A DNA stretch of 64,000 nucleotides from Syntrophaceae bacterium. GTDB taxonomy: Bacteria; Desulfobacterota; Syntrophia; Syntrophales; UBA2192. The DNA lies in the NCBI GenBank assembly GCA_013177795.1, contig JABLXY010000003.1, positions 101,244 to 165,243 on the forward strand. The letters run 5' to 3'. The translations under genes and the position numbers were made by a program. Positions 19,128-27,698 of this stretch are shown here, piece after piece. Every line of letters begins with the position of its first letter. Position 1 is the first letter of the stretch. The notes under the pieces are model-generated. The model was not told where the DNA came from. It was given only the letters and a program-made list of their open reading frames with translations, and searched no databases.

Positions 19128-21257
19128 ATGAGTCAGATTTTCAAGACACAGTTCGCGGGCAGCGAAATCAGCATCAAGGCACAGTACATCGCAGGCCAGG
19201 CTGACGGCGCCGTCCTCGTGACCTACGGGGAGACGGTCGTGCTCGTCACCATCGTCTCATCCCGGGCGCAGCGGGAGGGGCTCGACTTTCTGCCCCTCAC
19301 CGTCGATTACCAGGAGATGACCTTCGCCGCGGGCAAGATCCCGGGCGGGTTCTTCAAGCGAGAGGGGCGGCCCAACGAGCGGGAGATCCTGATCTGCCGG
19401 ATCATCGACCGGTCCATCCGCCCCCTGTTCCCCAAGGGCTACAATTACGAGACCCAGCTCATCGCCACGGTGCTCTCCGTGGACGGGCAGCACGACTCGG
19501 ACGTGGCGGCCCTGCTCGGCGCCTCGGCGGCCCTGCAGATCTCCAACGTCCCCTTCAACGGGCCCATCGCCGGCGTCCGGATCGGCCGGATCGACGGCAA
19601 GCTCGTCGCCAACCCCACCTCGATGGAAAACAGCGACCTCGACCTGTTCATCTCGGGGCGCAAGGTGACCCCGGGGACGGGCGGCAGGCCCTATGACGTC
19701 AACCTCGTCATGCTCGAGGGCGGGGCCCAGGAACTGAGCGAGGATGACATCGTCCAGGGCATCAACCTCGCGCTGGAGGCCATGCGCCCCGTCATCGACC
19801 TGCAGGACGAGATGCAGAAGGCCATCGGCAAGGCCAAGCGGCCCTTCACGCCCCCCGTCGTCGATGAGGCGCTCTACCGGAAGATCTCCGACCTCGTGAA
19901 GGAGGGCTTCGAGGCGGCGTACCGGATCCCGGAGAAGCTCGACCGGTACGGAAAGATCCGGGAAGTCCGCGAGAAGGCCATCGAGACCCTCTGCAAGGAC
20001 GACCCGTCGCTCAAGCCCCTCGTCGAGCACGTCATCGAGAAGATCGACCGCAGCGTTCTGCGGACCATGATCCTGACCGAAAAGCGGCGCGTCGGCGGCC
20101 GTGCCTACGACGAGATCCGGCCGATCCAGTGCGAGGTGGGCCTGCTGCCCCGCACGCACGGCTCGGCCCTCTTCACGCGGGGCGAGACGCAGGCCCTGGT
20201 GACGATCACCCTGGGGACGTCCTCCGACGAGCAGCGGCTCGACTACATCACGGGCGAGGAGATGCGCTCCTTCATGCTCCACTACAACTTTCCGCCCTAC
20301 TGCGTCGGCGAGGTGAAGCGGCTCGGGAGCCCCGGCCGGCGCGAGGTCGGCCACGGGGCACTGGCCCGCAGGGCGCTGCTTCCCGTCATTCCCAGCCAGG
20401 AGGAGTTCCCCTACACGATCCGCACCGTCTCGGAGATCCTCTCCTCGAACGGCTCGTCCTCCATGGCCAGCGTCTGCGGCGGGAGCCTCTCGCTGATGGA
20501 CGCGGGCGTGCCGGTGAAGGACGTCGTGGCGGGCATCGCCATGGGCCTGCTCAAGGAGGGCGACAGCGTGGCCGTCCTGTCCGACATCCTCGGCGACGAG
20601 GACCACGCCGGCGACATGGACTTCAAGGTCTGCGGCACCAAGAAGGGCATCACGGCCCTGCAGATGGACATCAAGATCGACGGCATCAACGAGCAGATCC
20701 TGCGCAAGGCGCTCCAGCAGGCCAAGGAGGGACGGTTCTTCATCATCGACAAGATGAAGGAGACGATCGCCGAACCCCGCAAGGAACTCTCCCCGTACGC
20801 CCCGAGGATCCTCACCCTGAAGATCCGGCCCGACCGGATCCGCGACCTCATCGGCACGGGCGGCAAGAACATCCGCCAGATCGTCGCCGAGACGGGGGTG
20901 ACCATCGACGTCGAGGACGACGGGACGGTTCTCATCGCCTCGGCCGACCTCGAGGCCGCCGACCGGGCCATCGCCATGGTGAAATGGCTCACCGAGGAGG
21001 CCGAGATCGGCAAGATCTACATGGGCACGGTGAAGAAGGTCGTCGACTTCGGCTGCTTCGTGGAGATCCTGCCCGGCACCGAGGGGCTCGTCCACATCTC
21101 GCAGCTCGACACGAAGCGCGTCGCCAAGGTGACCGACGTGGTCAGGGAAGGCGACAAGATCCCCGTGAAGGTCCTCGAGATCGACTCGAACGGGAAGATC
21201 CGCCTGAGCCGGAAGGATGCCCTGGGTGCAGACGTACCGAAAAACGGTCCTTTCTAA
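19128..21257 (+). CDS. pnp: Polyribonucleotide nucleotidyltransferase (PNPase)
   Basis: The ATG at 19128 is preceded by AAGGAGA. Two RNase PH domains, KH (GTGGKNIRQI) and S1 (GTVKKVVDFGCFVEI) domains. Confidence 0.96.
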   Translation: MSQIFKTQFAGSEISIKAQYIAGQADGAVLVTYGETVVLVTIVSSRAQREGLDFLPLTVDYQEMTFAAGKIPGGFFKREGRPNEREILICRIIDRSIRPLFPKGYNYETQLIATVLSVDGQHDSDVAALLGASAALQISNVPFNGPIAGVRIGRIDGKLVANPTSMENSDLDLFISGRKVTPGTGGRPYDVNLVMLEGGAQELSEDDIVQGINLALEAMRPVIDLQDEMQKAIGKAKRPFTPPVVDEALYRKISDLVKEGFEAAYRIPEKLDRYGKIREVREKAIETLCKDDPSLKPLVEHVIEKIDRSVLRTMILTEKRRVGGRAYDEIRPIQCEVGLLPRTHGSALFTRGETQALVTITLGTSSDEQRLDYITGEEMRSFMLHYNFPPYCVGEVKRLGSPGRREVGHGALARRALLPVIPSQEEFPYTIRTVSEILSSNGSSSMASVCGGSLSLMDAGVPVKDVVAGIAMGLLKEGDSVAVLSDILGDEDHAGDMDFKVCGTKKGITALQMDIKIDGINEQILRKALQQAKEGRFFIIDKMKETIAEPRKELSPYAPRILTLKIRPDRIRDLIGTGGKNIRQIVAETGVTIDVEDDGTVLIASADLEAADRAIAMVKWLTEEAEIGKIYMGTVKKVVDFGCFVEILPGTEGLVHISQLDTKRVAKVTDVVREGDKIPVKVLEIDSNGKIRLSRKDALGADVPKNGPF

Positions 21258-22488
21258 CGGGATCAAGGTCATCACGGAGGAAATCCGCCACGTCCGCTCC
21301 GTCTCGATCGGCGCATGGGTCCGCTGCGGCTCGCGTCACGAGGACGAGCGGATCAACGGGACGGCCCACTTCATCGAGCACATGCTCTTCAAGGGGACGG
21401 CCCGGCGCTCGGCCTTCGACATCGCCTCCGACATCGACTCCGTCGGGGGCGTGATGAACGCCTTCACGGGGAAGGAGCTGACGGCCTTCTACGTCAAGGT
21501 GCCCGACTACCACCTCCCCCTGGCCATCGACCTGCTGGCGGACATCTTCAACAACTCCCTGTTCGGGCCCGACGACATCGAGAAGGAAAAGTCGGTGGTC
21601 CTCCAGGAGATCAGCATGGTGGAGGACACGCCCGACGAGTACATCCACGACCTCTTCGAGAAGCACTTCTGGGAGGGGCATTCCCTGGGCATGCCCGTTC
21701 TCGGGACGAGGGACTCCGTCGACGCCTTCGACCGGGGCGAGGTCCTGACCTTCTTCGAGGAGCGCTACCGGGGGGACAACCTGGTCATCGCCGCCGTGGG
21801 GAACCTGGAACACGAGAAGCTGGTCGACCTCGTCGCGAAGCTCTTCGGCACGCTGCCCGCCCTGCGGCAGCAGCCTGCCGACGAGCCGCCGCGCACCACG
21901 GCGCGCCTGTCCTGCTTCGAGAAGGACCTCGAGCAGCTCCACCTCGTCGTGGGCACGCCGGCCCCGGCGACGCTCGACAACACCCGGTTCGCGGGGATCC
22001 TGATGAACTCCGTCTTCGGCGGGTCCATGAGCTCCCGGCTCTTCCAGGAGATCCGCGAGAAGCGTGGCCTCGCCTACGCCGTGCGCTCCTACATCGTTTC
22101 CTATCGGGACACGGGCATGCTCAACGTCTACGTCGGGACCTCGAAGGACAAGACGCGGGAGGTCATCGACATCATCCTCGCCGAGATGCGGCGCATGAAG
22201 ACCGAGCCGTTCTCGGACAAGGAGCTGCAGTCGGCCAAGGAGCTCATCAAGGGCAACCTGCTGCTGAGCATGGAGAGCACCGACAACCGGATGCAGAAGC
22301 TCGCGACCAACGAGATCTACTTCGGCCGCAACGTGCCGCCCGAGGAGATCGTCGGCCGGATCGAGGCCGTGAGCGCCGAGGACATCCTGTCCCTCTGTGC
22401 GCAGATGTTCACGCGGGACAACCTGTCCATGGTTTTCCTCGGCGACATGACCGAGGCCGAAATGCCCGCGGACAACATCGAACTCTAA
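21217..22488 (+). CDS. M16 family zinc peptidase (insulinase-like)
   Basis: Inverted zinc motif HFIEHMLFKG (HxxEH). The start overlaps the pnp end; a GTG at 21226 is an alternative. Confidence 0.85.
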   Translation: MPWVQTYRKTVLSNGIKVITEEIRHVRSVSIGAWVRCGSRHEDERINGTAHFIEHMLFKGTARRSAFDIASDIDSVGGVMNAFTGKELTAFYVKVPDYHLPLAIDLLADIFNNSLFGPDDIEKEKSVVLQEISMVEDTPDEYIHDLFEKHFWEGHSLGMPVLGTRDSVDAFDRGEVLTFFEERYRGDNLVIAAVGNLEHEKLVDLVAKLFGTLPALRQQPADEPPRTTARLSCFEKDLEQLHLVVGTPAPATLDNTRFAGILMNSVFGGSMSSRLFQEIREKRGLAYAVRSYIVSYRDTGMLNVYVGTSKDKTREVIDIILAEMRRMKTEPFSDKELQSAKELIKGNLLLSMESTDNRMQKLATNEIYFGRNVPPEEIVGRIEAVSAEDILSLCAQMFTRDNLSMVFLGDMTEAEMPADNIEL

Positions 22489-22490
22489 GA

Positions 22491-22553
22491 AGGCAACAGG
22501 CATCAGGCAACAGATTTCCCGCTTCCCGGCCTGCCACCTGGAGCCTGTCACCT
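22491..22553. repeat. Family A short-period repeat element
   Basis: aggcaacaggcatcaggcaacag starts 3 nt after the peptidase stop. The inverted arm is gcctgccacctggagcctgtcacct. Confidence 0.6.
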
Positions 22554-22600
22554 CGCGCGCGGGCAGCGTCAAGCCGTGATTTGATAGACAGGTCATTCGG

Positions 22601-23062
22601 GTGATGAAACCGGCCAGAGAGCAAATCACTGTCACCGTCACGCGGGTCGACGGTTCGGAGGACCTTCCCCTTCCGGGCTACATGACGGACCACGCGGCGG
22701 GGATGGACCTCATGGCCGCCGTGCAGGGCGACCTGGTCCTTCCCCCGGGTCAGCGTGCCCTCGTCCCCACGGGCATCGCCATCGCCCTGCCGGAGGGCTT
22801 CGAGGCGCAGATCCGGCCCCGGAGCGGCCTCGCCCTGAAACACGGGGTGACCCTCCTGAACACGCCGGGCACCATCGACGCCGATTACCGCGGCGAGATC
22901 CGCGTCATCCTGATCAATCACGGCGCCGAGCCCTTCGTCGTCCGGCGGGGGGACCGGATCGCCCAGATGATCGTCGCGCCGGTCTGCTGGGTCCGGTGGG
23001 ATCCGCAGCCCGGCTTGCCCGCCACGGAACGGGGCGACGGCGGCTTCGGGCACACCGGGTAA
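22601..23062 (+). CDS. dut: dUTP diphosphatase
   Basis: [27 protein letters not shown] and GFGHTG motifs. Confidence 0.93.
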   Translation: MMKPAREQITVTVTRVDGSEDLPLPGYMTDHAAGMDLMAAVQGDLVLPPGQRALVPTGIAIALPEGFEAQIRPRSGLALKHGVTLLNTPGTIDADYRGEIRVILINHGAEPFVVRRGDRIAQMIVAPVCWVRWDPQPGLPATERGDGGFGHTG

Positions 23063-23137
23063 GGCTTGACAGTCTTGCATTTCCCGGATTTCTGTTGGAC
23101 ATTGAATTGAAAATGATCTAATAGACGGAAAATGCAC

Positions 23138-23151
23138 GAAGTTAGGAAGTT
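23138..23151. repeat. Family C repeat (8-nt GAAGTT-type units), left part split by the IS insertion
   Basis: gaagttaggaagtt abuts the left IS end. It continues at 24439 after the element. Confidence 0.55.
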
Positions 23152-24438
23152 GATAGCGTAAAATACGCGTTACCTGTTCTTTGAAAAAGCAGAGAGCATC
23201 TGATACGCCTTTGGAGAATTCGCCAAAACTCGAAAGGAGGTATCAAGATGCTCCCAGGAGAGTTACCCCTCCCGGATGGATTGTTGCCTGCCCCGGGGAC
23301 GTTGTCAACCGGTTGTTTGTTCATTTGGCCGCCCTGTACGATCAGGCCTTTCCCCGGAGTTACGGGCAGCGGCTTCGGGACATCCAGCTGCAGTGGCTGT
23401 CGGCCCATCGGGGCCGGCTGCGCTGTCCGCGCTGCGACGGCACGGCGCTGATCCGCAAGGGTTGGCGGAGCCGGGTGCTGCGGACGTCGCGGGGGCGCCT
23501 GTCACTGGCGGTCCTGCAGATGCGCTGCAAGGCCTGCGGCCGGACGTTTCGGCCGGTCAATGCCGTGCTGGGGCTTCCCTTCGGGCGGCGCTTCCTCGAC
23601 GAGCTGGTCGAGAAGGCCATCGGGCTGGGGATCCAGATGCCCTTCGGGCGGGCCTCCTGGGCCCTGCGCGCGCTGCTGGCCGATGCGCCTTCCCCGGAGG
23701 GGCTGCGGCGCCAGATCGCCGCCCGGGCCGCGACGCTCGCCCCGAGCGACGAGGTGGCCGGCAAGACCGTGCTGGTCGACGGCACCCGGGTCAAGGCGGG
23801 GAAGAACCCGCGGGGCTCGGCCGTTTATCTGGCCGTCAGCGCCATCCCGGGTCCCGCGGTGGCCGGACGCCCGACCATCGTCAAGCGGCTGGTGCACGTG
23901 CACGTGGGTGATGCCGAGGGGCTTCGCCGGCGACTGCTGGGGTTGCCCATCGAGCGGCTCGTGCATGATGGGGGCCTGAACCTCGAGGCCTGTGCCTCTG
24001 CGGTCCAGCGCTGCCGCTGGCATCTGGTGCACCAGCTCAATCACTACCTCTGGCTCGACGGCATGCAGGTCGAGCAGCGCCGGCACTACCAGAAGCGCCT
24101 CAAGCGGTTGCTGTGGCGCCGGGGGCCCCGAGCCCCCGAGGGCTTGGATGCCTTTATCAAAGAGCTGCAGCGCGACGGCTTCCGTCAGTCGGCCGAGCAC
24201 CTCCAAAACGCTCAGCCGCACGCCTTCAGCTGGCAGGCCGACAAGGGCTTTGCCTTCACGACCACCGCTCCCCTGGAGCGGGAGATGAGGGAACTCAACC
24301 GCAGGGCCGATGTCGGGGCCCGCTGGAGCGACCGCGGGATCGAAAACGTCCTGACGGTGCTGTTCCACTACCGGCTCAATGAAAAACCGATAGTGCCCCT
24401 AAGGGCGTATCAGTAGGTAACGTGTTTTTGTTGCTATC
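23152..24438 (+). mobile_element. Insertion sequence, 1287 bp, single DDE-type transposase; family uncertain (ISKra4/ISLre2-like or ISL3-like)
   Basis: Imperfect terminal inverted repeats GATAGCGTAAAATACGCGTTACCTG (left) versus GATAGCAACAAAAACACGTTACCTA (right, reverse-complemented), 19 of 25 identical. Flanked by a perfect 8-bp direct repeat AGGAAGTT (23144-23151 and 24439-24446). Confidence 0.85.
23181..24416 (+). CDS. Transposase with N-terminal CxxC...CxxC zinc ribbon
   Basis: CPRCDGTALIRKGWRSR...CKACGRTF. Candidate acidic triad regions VLVDGT, VHDGG, LEREMRELNRR. C-terminal ...GARWSDRGIENVLTVL. The tracked ORF starts at a TTG with no SD and the true start is unclear (see findings). Confidence 0.75.
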   Translation: MKKQRASDTPLENSPKLERRYQDAPRRVTPPGWIVACPGDVVNRLFVHLAALYDQAFPRSYGQRLRDIQLQWLSAHRGRLRCPRCDGTALIRKGWRSRVLRTSRGRLSLAVLQMRCKACGRTFRPVNAVLGLPFGRRFLDELVEKAIGLGIQMPFGRASWALRALLADAPSPEGLRRQIAARAATLAPSDEVAGKTVLVDGTRVKAGKNPRGSAVYLAVSAIPGPAVAGRPTIVKRLVHVHVGDAEGLRRRLLGLPIERLVHDGGLNLEACASAVQRCRWHLVHQLNHYLWLDGMQVEQRRHYQKRLKRLLWRRGPRAPEGLDAFIKELQRDGFRQSAEHLQNAQPHAFSWQADKGFAFTTTAPLEREMRELNRRADVGARWSDRGIENVLTVLFHYRLNEKPIVPLRAYQ

Positions 24439-24482
24439 AGGAAGTTAAGAAGATGGGAAGTTAGGAAATGAGGAAGTGGAGG
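24439..24482. repeat. Family C repeat, right part
   Basis: aggaagtt aagaagat gggaagtt aggaaatg aggaagtg gagg, with 8-nt periodicity. Confidence 0.55.
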
Positions 24483-24540
24483 CAACAGGCAGCAGATCCT
24501 TCTTTCTGACCTGTCACCTGCCACCTGATACCTGACACCT
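24481..24540. repeat. Family A short-period repeat element
   Basis: ggcaacaggcagca ... gacctgtcacctgccacctgatacctgacacct. Closely resembles the element at 22491-22553. Confidence 0.6.
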
Positions 24541-24598
24541 TGGTGAGGCTGAGGGTTTTCGACAAGGAAGATAGACAGGACAGGCCGAACAGAGCAGA

Positions 24599-25807
24599 AT
24601 GGTGAAGACCTTCAAAGTCAAGAAGACCATCGCCGAGATCAACGAGAAGATCCGGCAGGGCAAGGCCGTCGTCGTGACGGCCGAGGAGATGATCGACATC
24701 GTCGAGCGTCACGGCGACGTGGAAGCGGCCCGGAAGGTCGACGTCGTGACCACGGGCACCTTCGGGCCCATGTGCTCATCGGGGGCCTTCCTGAATTTCG
24801 GCCACACCTCCCCGCGGATCAAGGCCCACAAGGTCTGGCTCAACGACGTGGCGGCCTACGGCGGCCTCGCGGCGGTCGACTGCTACATCGGGGCGACCGA
24901 GGTGGCCGAGGGCGACCCCCTCAACAGCGTCTTCCCCGGCGAGTTCAATTACGGCGGGGGCCACGTCATCGAGGATCTCGTGGCCGGCAACGTGATCCGG
25001 CTTCGCATGGAGGGCTACGGCACGGACTGCTACCCCTCGCGCAAGCAGGAGAAGAACATCGTGCTGCAGGACCTGCGGGACGCGATCCTCTTCAACCCGC
25101 GCAACTGCTACCAGAACTACAACTGCGCCGTGAACATGTCCGACAAGACGATCTACACCTACATGGGGGTCCTGCGCCCGCGGATGGCCAACGCCAACTA
25201 CTCCACCTCGGGACAGCTCAGCCCCCTGTTCAACGACCCCTACTACCGGACGATCGGGATCGGGACCCGCATCTTCCTCGGCGGGGCCCAGGGGTACGTG
25301 GCCTGGCACGGCACCCAGCACCACCCGGACACGCCGCGGGGACCCAACGGCGTCCCGACGGGCGGGGCGGGGACCCTCGCCGTCATCGGCGACCTGAAGA
25401 CCATGTCCCCGGAGTGGCTCACGGGCGCGAGCTTCTTGGGCTACGGCGTTTCCCTCTACGTCGGCATCGGGATCCCGATCCCCGTGCTCGACGAGGAGAT
25501 GGCACGCTTCACCGCCGTGAAGGACGCGGACATCAAGACCCAGGTCTACGACTACAGCATGGACTATCCGGGCGGCGGCGACATCAAGAGCCTCGGCGAA
25601 GTGAGCTATCAGGAACTTCGCAGCGGCCGGATCATCCTCAACGGGAAGGAAGTGGCCACGGCCTCCATGTCGAGCTACTACAAGGCCCGGCAGATTGCGG
25701 AGACACTCAAGACCTGGATCGAAAAGAGGGAATTCCTGCTGGGCGAGCCCCAGGCGCTCCTGCCCTCGGTCAGCAGAGAACCGACCGGGGGACACCGCAA
25801 ACGCTGA
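24599..25807 (+). CDS. COG1900/DUF39 homocysteine biosynthesis protein (L-aspartate-semialdehyde sulfurtransferase-like)
   Basis: N-terminus KTIAEINEKIRQGKAVVVTAEEM plus VVTTGTFGPMCSSGAF, NYGGGHVIEDL and NPRNCYQNYNCAVN recall the methanogen MA1821-type family. This assignment is from memory of the family. Confidence 0.6.
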   Translation: MVKTFKVKKTIAEINEKIRQGKAVVVTAEEMIDIVERHGDVEAARKVDVVTTGTFGPMCSSGAFLNFGHTSPRIKAHKVWLNDVAAYGGLAAVDCYIGATEVAEGDPLNSVFPGEFNYGGGHVIEDLVAGNVIRLRMEGYGTDCYPSRKQEKNIVLQDLRDAILFNPRNCYQNYNCAVNMSDKTIYTYMGVLRPRMANANYSTSGQLSPLFNDPYYRTIGIGTRIFLGGAQGYVAWHGTQHHPDTPRGPNGVPTGGAGTLAVIGDLKTMSPEWLTGASFLGYGVSLYVGIGIPIPVLDEEMARFTAVKDADIKTQVYDYSMDYPGGGDIKSLGEVSYQELRSGRIILNGKEVATASMSSYYKARQIAETLKTWIEKREFLLGEPQALLPSVSREPTGGHRKR

Positions 25808-25829
25808 TGCCGTTGTCGGGGGGTGGCGG

Positions 25830-26096
25830 ATGAAGGCGGGCAGAGTGCTTCTGCTGTTCCTGATCCTCACGGGGTCGGCCATCCTCTTCGGCAGCCGGGG
25901 GGTCCTCGACAATCACCGCCTCAACCAGAAGCTTCTCGATCTGCGACATGGCAACGAGGAGCTCGCTGCGAAGAACGACGCCCTGAAAAAGGAAATCCTC
26001 CTTCTCCGCAACGACCTGCGATACATCGAGAAGGTGGCCCGCGACGAGCTCGGCATGGTGAAGCCGAGCGACCGGGTCTACCGGCGCGTGGAGTGA
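25830..26096 (+). CDS. ftsB: Cell division protein FtsB/DivIC (septum formation initiator)
   Basis: Single N-terminal TM helix, a coiled coil, and the conserved end YIEKVARDELGMVKPSDRVY. Confidence 0.85.
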   Translation: MKAGRVLLLFLILTGSAILFGSRGVLDNHRLNQKLLDLRHGNEELAAKNDALKKEILLLRNDLRYIEKVARDELGMVKPSDRVYRRVE

Positions 26097-26110
26097 CCCT
26101 CCTCAAACTC

Positions 26111-26213
26111 GGAAGTTTAGAAGTTGGGAAGTTGAGAAGTTCGGATAGTCCGGTGACCGCACAATAACTTCCAGCGCTTCCAAGTTTCCCAGCTTCACAT
26201 CTTCACAGCTTCA
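26111..26213. repeat. Family C repeat element with inverted arms
   Basis: ggaagttt agaagttg ggaagttg agaagttc ... aacttcca gcgcttcc aagtttcc cagcttca catcttca cagcttca. Confidence 0.65.
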
Positions 26214-26512
26214 GAATCCCCTTCTTCTCCCCTGTCCCTGTACAGAGTGTGTCAAAAAGCCTGACAGGGCCCCGGAAACACAGTCCCGGAGCCTCTTTCA
26301 CGGCAGCCGCCCCGTTCAAGGCACCGTCCGTAGCAAATTTCATTTAACCCCGGCCCCGTCCCTGCCGATTAGTACCGTTGGGGGTTTCCCCCGCCGCAAG
26401 GCCTGTCGGTCGGGCATCCTGAAGGCAACCCGGCCGAAAAGGCCTCCGAATCAAGGCCTTCCGGGGCCGCAGCCGCGGCAGCCCCTCCAAAGGCGGATTC
26501 CCGGGTCGACCG

Positions 26513-26528
26513 TGGCACAATGCTTGCT
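26513..26528 (+). promoter_or_regulatory. Candidate sigma54 (-24/-12) promoter upstream of pilM
   Basis: TGGCAC-aatgc-TTGCT matches TGGCAC-N5-TTGCW, 100 nt upstream of the pilM ATG. Confidence 0.55.
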
Positions 26529-26627
26529 TAACGTATTGCCCGAAGTGGTGTGAAGTGAATCGGCCTTAACCCCTCTCCCCGATGCCGGTTGACCGGCCGG
26601 AGGAGACCGCCAGACACAGAGGACCCC

Positions 26628-27698
26628 ATGTTCAAACTCAACGGCCTGTTTTCCAGCAAGAAGCAGATTGCGGGGCTCGACATCGGATCCAGTTCCGTGA
26701 AGCTCGCCGAGATCGCCGAGGGACCCGACGGCTACGTGCTGCAGAATTTCGCCAGCATTCCCCTCGCGAAGGGCATCATCGCCGATGGCATCATCGCCAA
26801 CCCCAATGCCCTGGCCGAGCGCATCAAGGAACTCCTCAAGATCTCCCGCTGCAAGGCCCGCACCGTCGTCACCTCCCTCTCCGGATACTCCGTCATCGCC
26901 AAGAAGATCGGCTTCCCCTCCATGGACGAGGAGTCGCTGCGCGAGCTGATCAGCGACGAGATCGAGAAGTACCTTCCCTTCGGCGACATGAAGGACGTCA
27001 ACTTCGACTTCCAGATCTTGGGGTCCAGCGACATGAGCCCGGGCCAGATGGAGGTCTTCCTCGTGGCCGCCAAGAAGGACGTCGTGCAGAGCTACGTGGA
27101 CACGCTGAAGAAGGCGGGGCTCGATGTGGCCATCATGGACGTGGACTCCTTCGCCCTCGAGACGATGTACGAGGAGAATTACGATTACGGGCACGAGGAC
27201 GTCTGCATCCTCGTCAACATCGGGGCCAGCATGACGAACATCAACGTGGTCAAGGGGGGCGCCTCCATCTTCATCCGCGATTTCCCGCTGGGCGGCACCT
27301 CGATCACGGAAACCCTCCAGGACAAGACAGGGGTCTCCTTCGAGGAAGCCGAGCGCATGAAGCTCGAGAAGGCCGCATCGGGCGACGAGCAGAGCCGGGA
27401 TGAGCTTCTCGCCTGCGCCGATCCCCTGCTGCTGGAGATCGAGCGCTCCGTCGATTACTTCCGGTCGACCTACCCGGGCAGGTACATCAAGCAGATCCTG
27501 CTCTGCGGCGGGACGGCCCGGATGCCCGGGATCGCAGACGCGCTCGTGCAGCGGCTCAACGTGGAGGTCGAGATCGCCAATCCGTTCCGCAAGGTTTCGG
27601 CCGACAAGAAATCGTTTTCCGCCGAGGACCTGAAAGAAATCGGGCCGCAGGCCTCAGTCGGTGTCGGGCTCGCCATGAGGAGGATCGGGGACAAATGA
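26628..27698 (+). CDS. pilM: Type IV pilus assembly protein PilM
   Basis: Actin-like ATPase fold signature GLDIGSSSVKLAEI, and gene order pilMNOPQ. Confidence 0.92.
   Translation: MFKLNGLFSSKKQIAGLDIGSSSVKLAEIAEGPDGYVLQNFASIPLAKGIIADGIIANPNALAERIKELLKISRCKARTVVTSLSGYSVIAKKIGFPSMDEESLRELISDEIEKYLPFGDMKDVNFDFQILGSSDMSPGQMEVFLVAAKKDVVQSYVDTLKKAGLDVAIMDVDSFALETMYEENYDYGHEDVCILVNIGASMTNINVVKGGASIFIRDFPLGGTSITETLQDKTGVSFEEAERMKLEKAASGDEQSRDELLACADPLLLEIERSVDYFRSTYPGRYIKQILLCGGTARMPGIADALVQRLNVEVEIANPFRKVSADKKSFSAEDLKEIGPQASVGVGLAMRRIGDK

Noticed and set aside
26111-26213. Possibility that the short tandem repeats (Families A-C) are CRISPR arrays.
   Set aside because: The units are only 7-8 nt, directly abutting with no spacers and arranged as inverted arms. 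There are no cas genes in the window.
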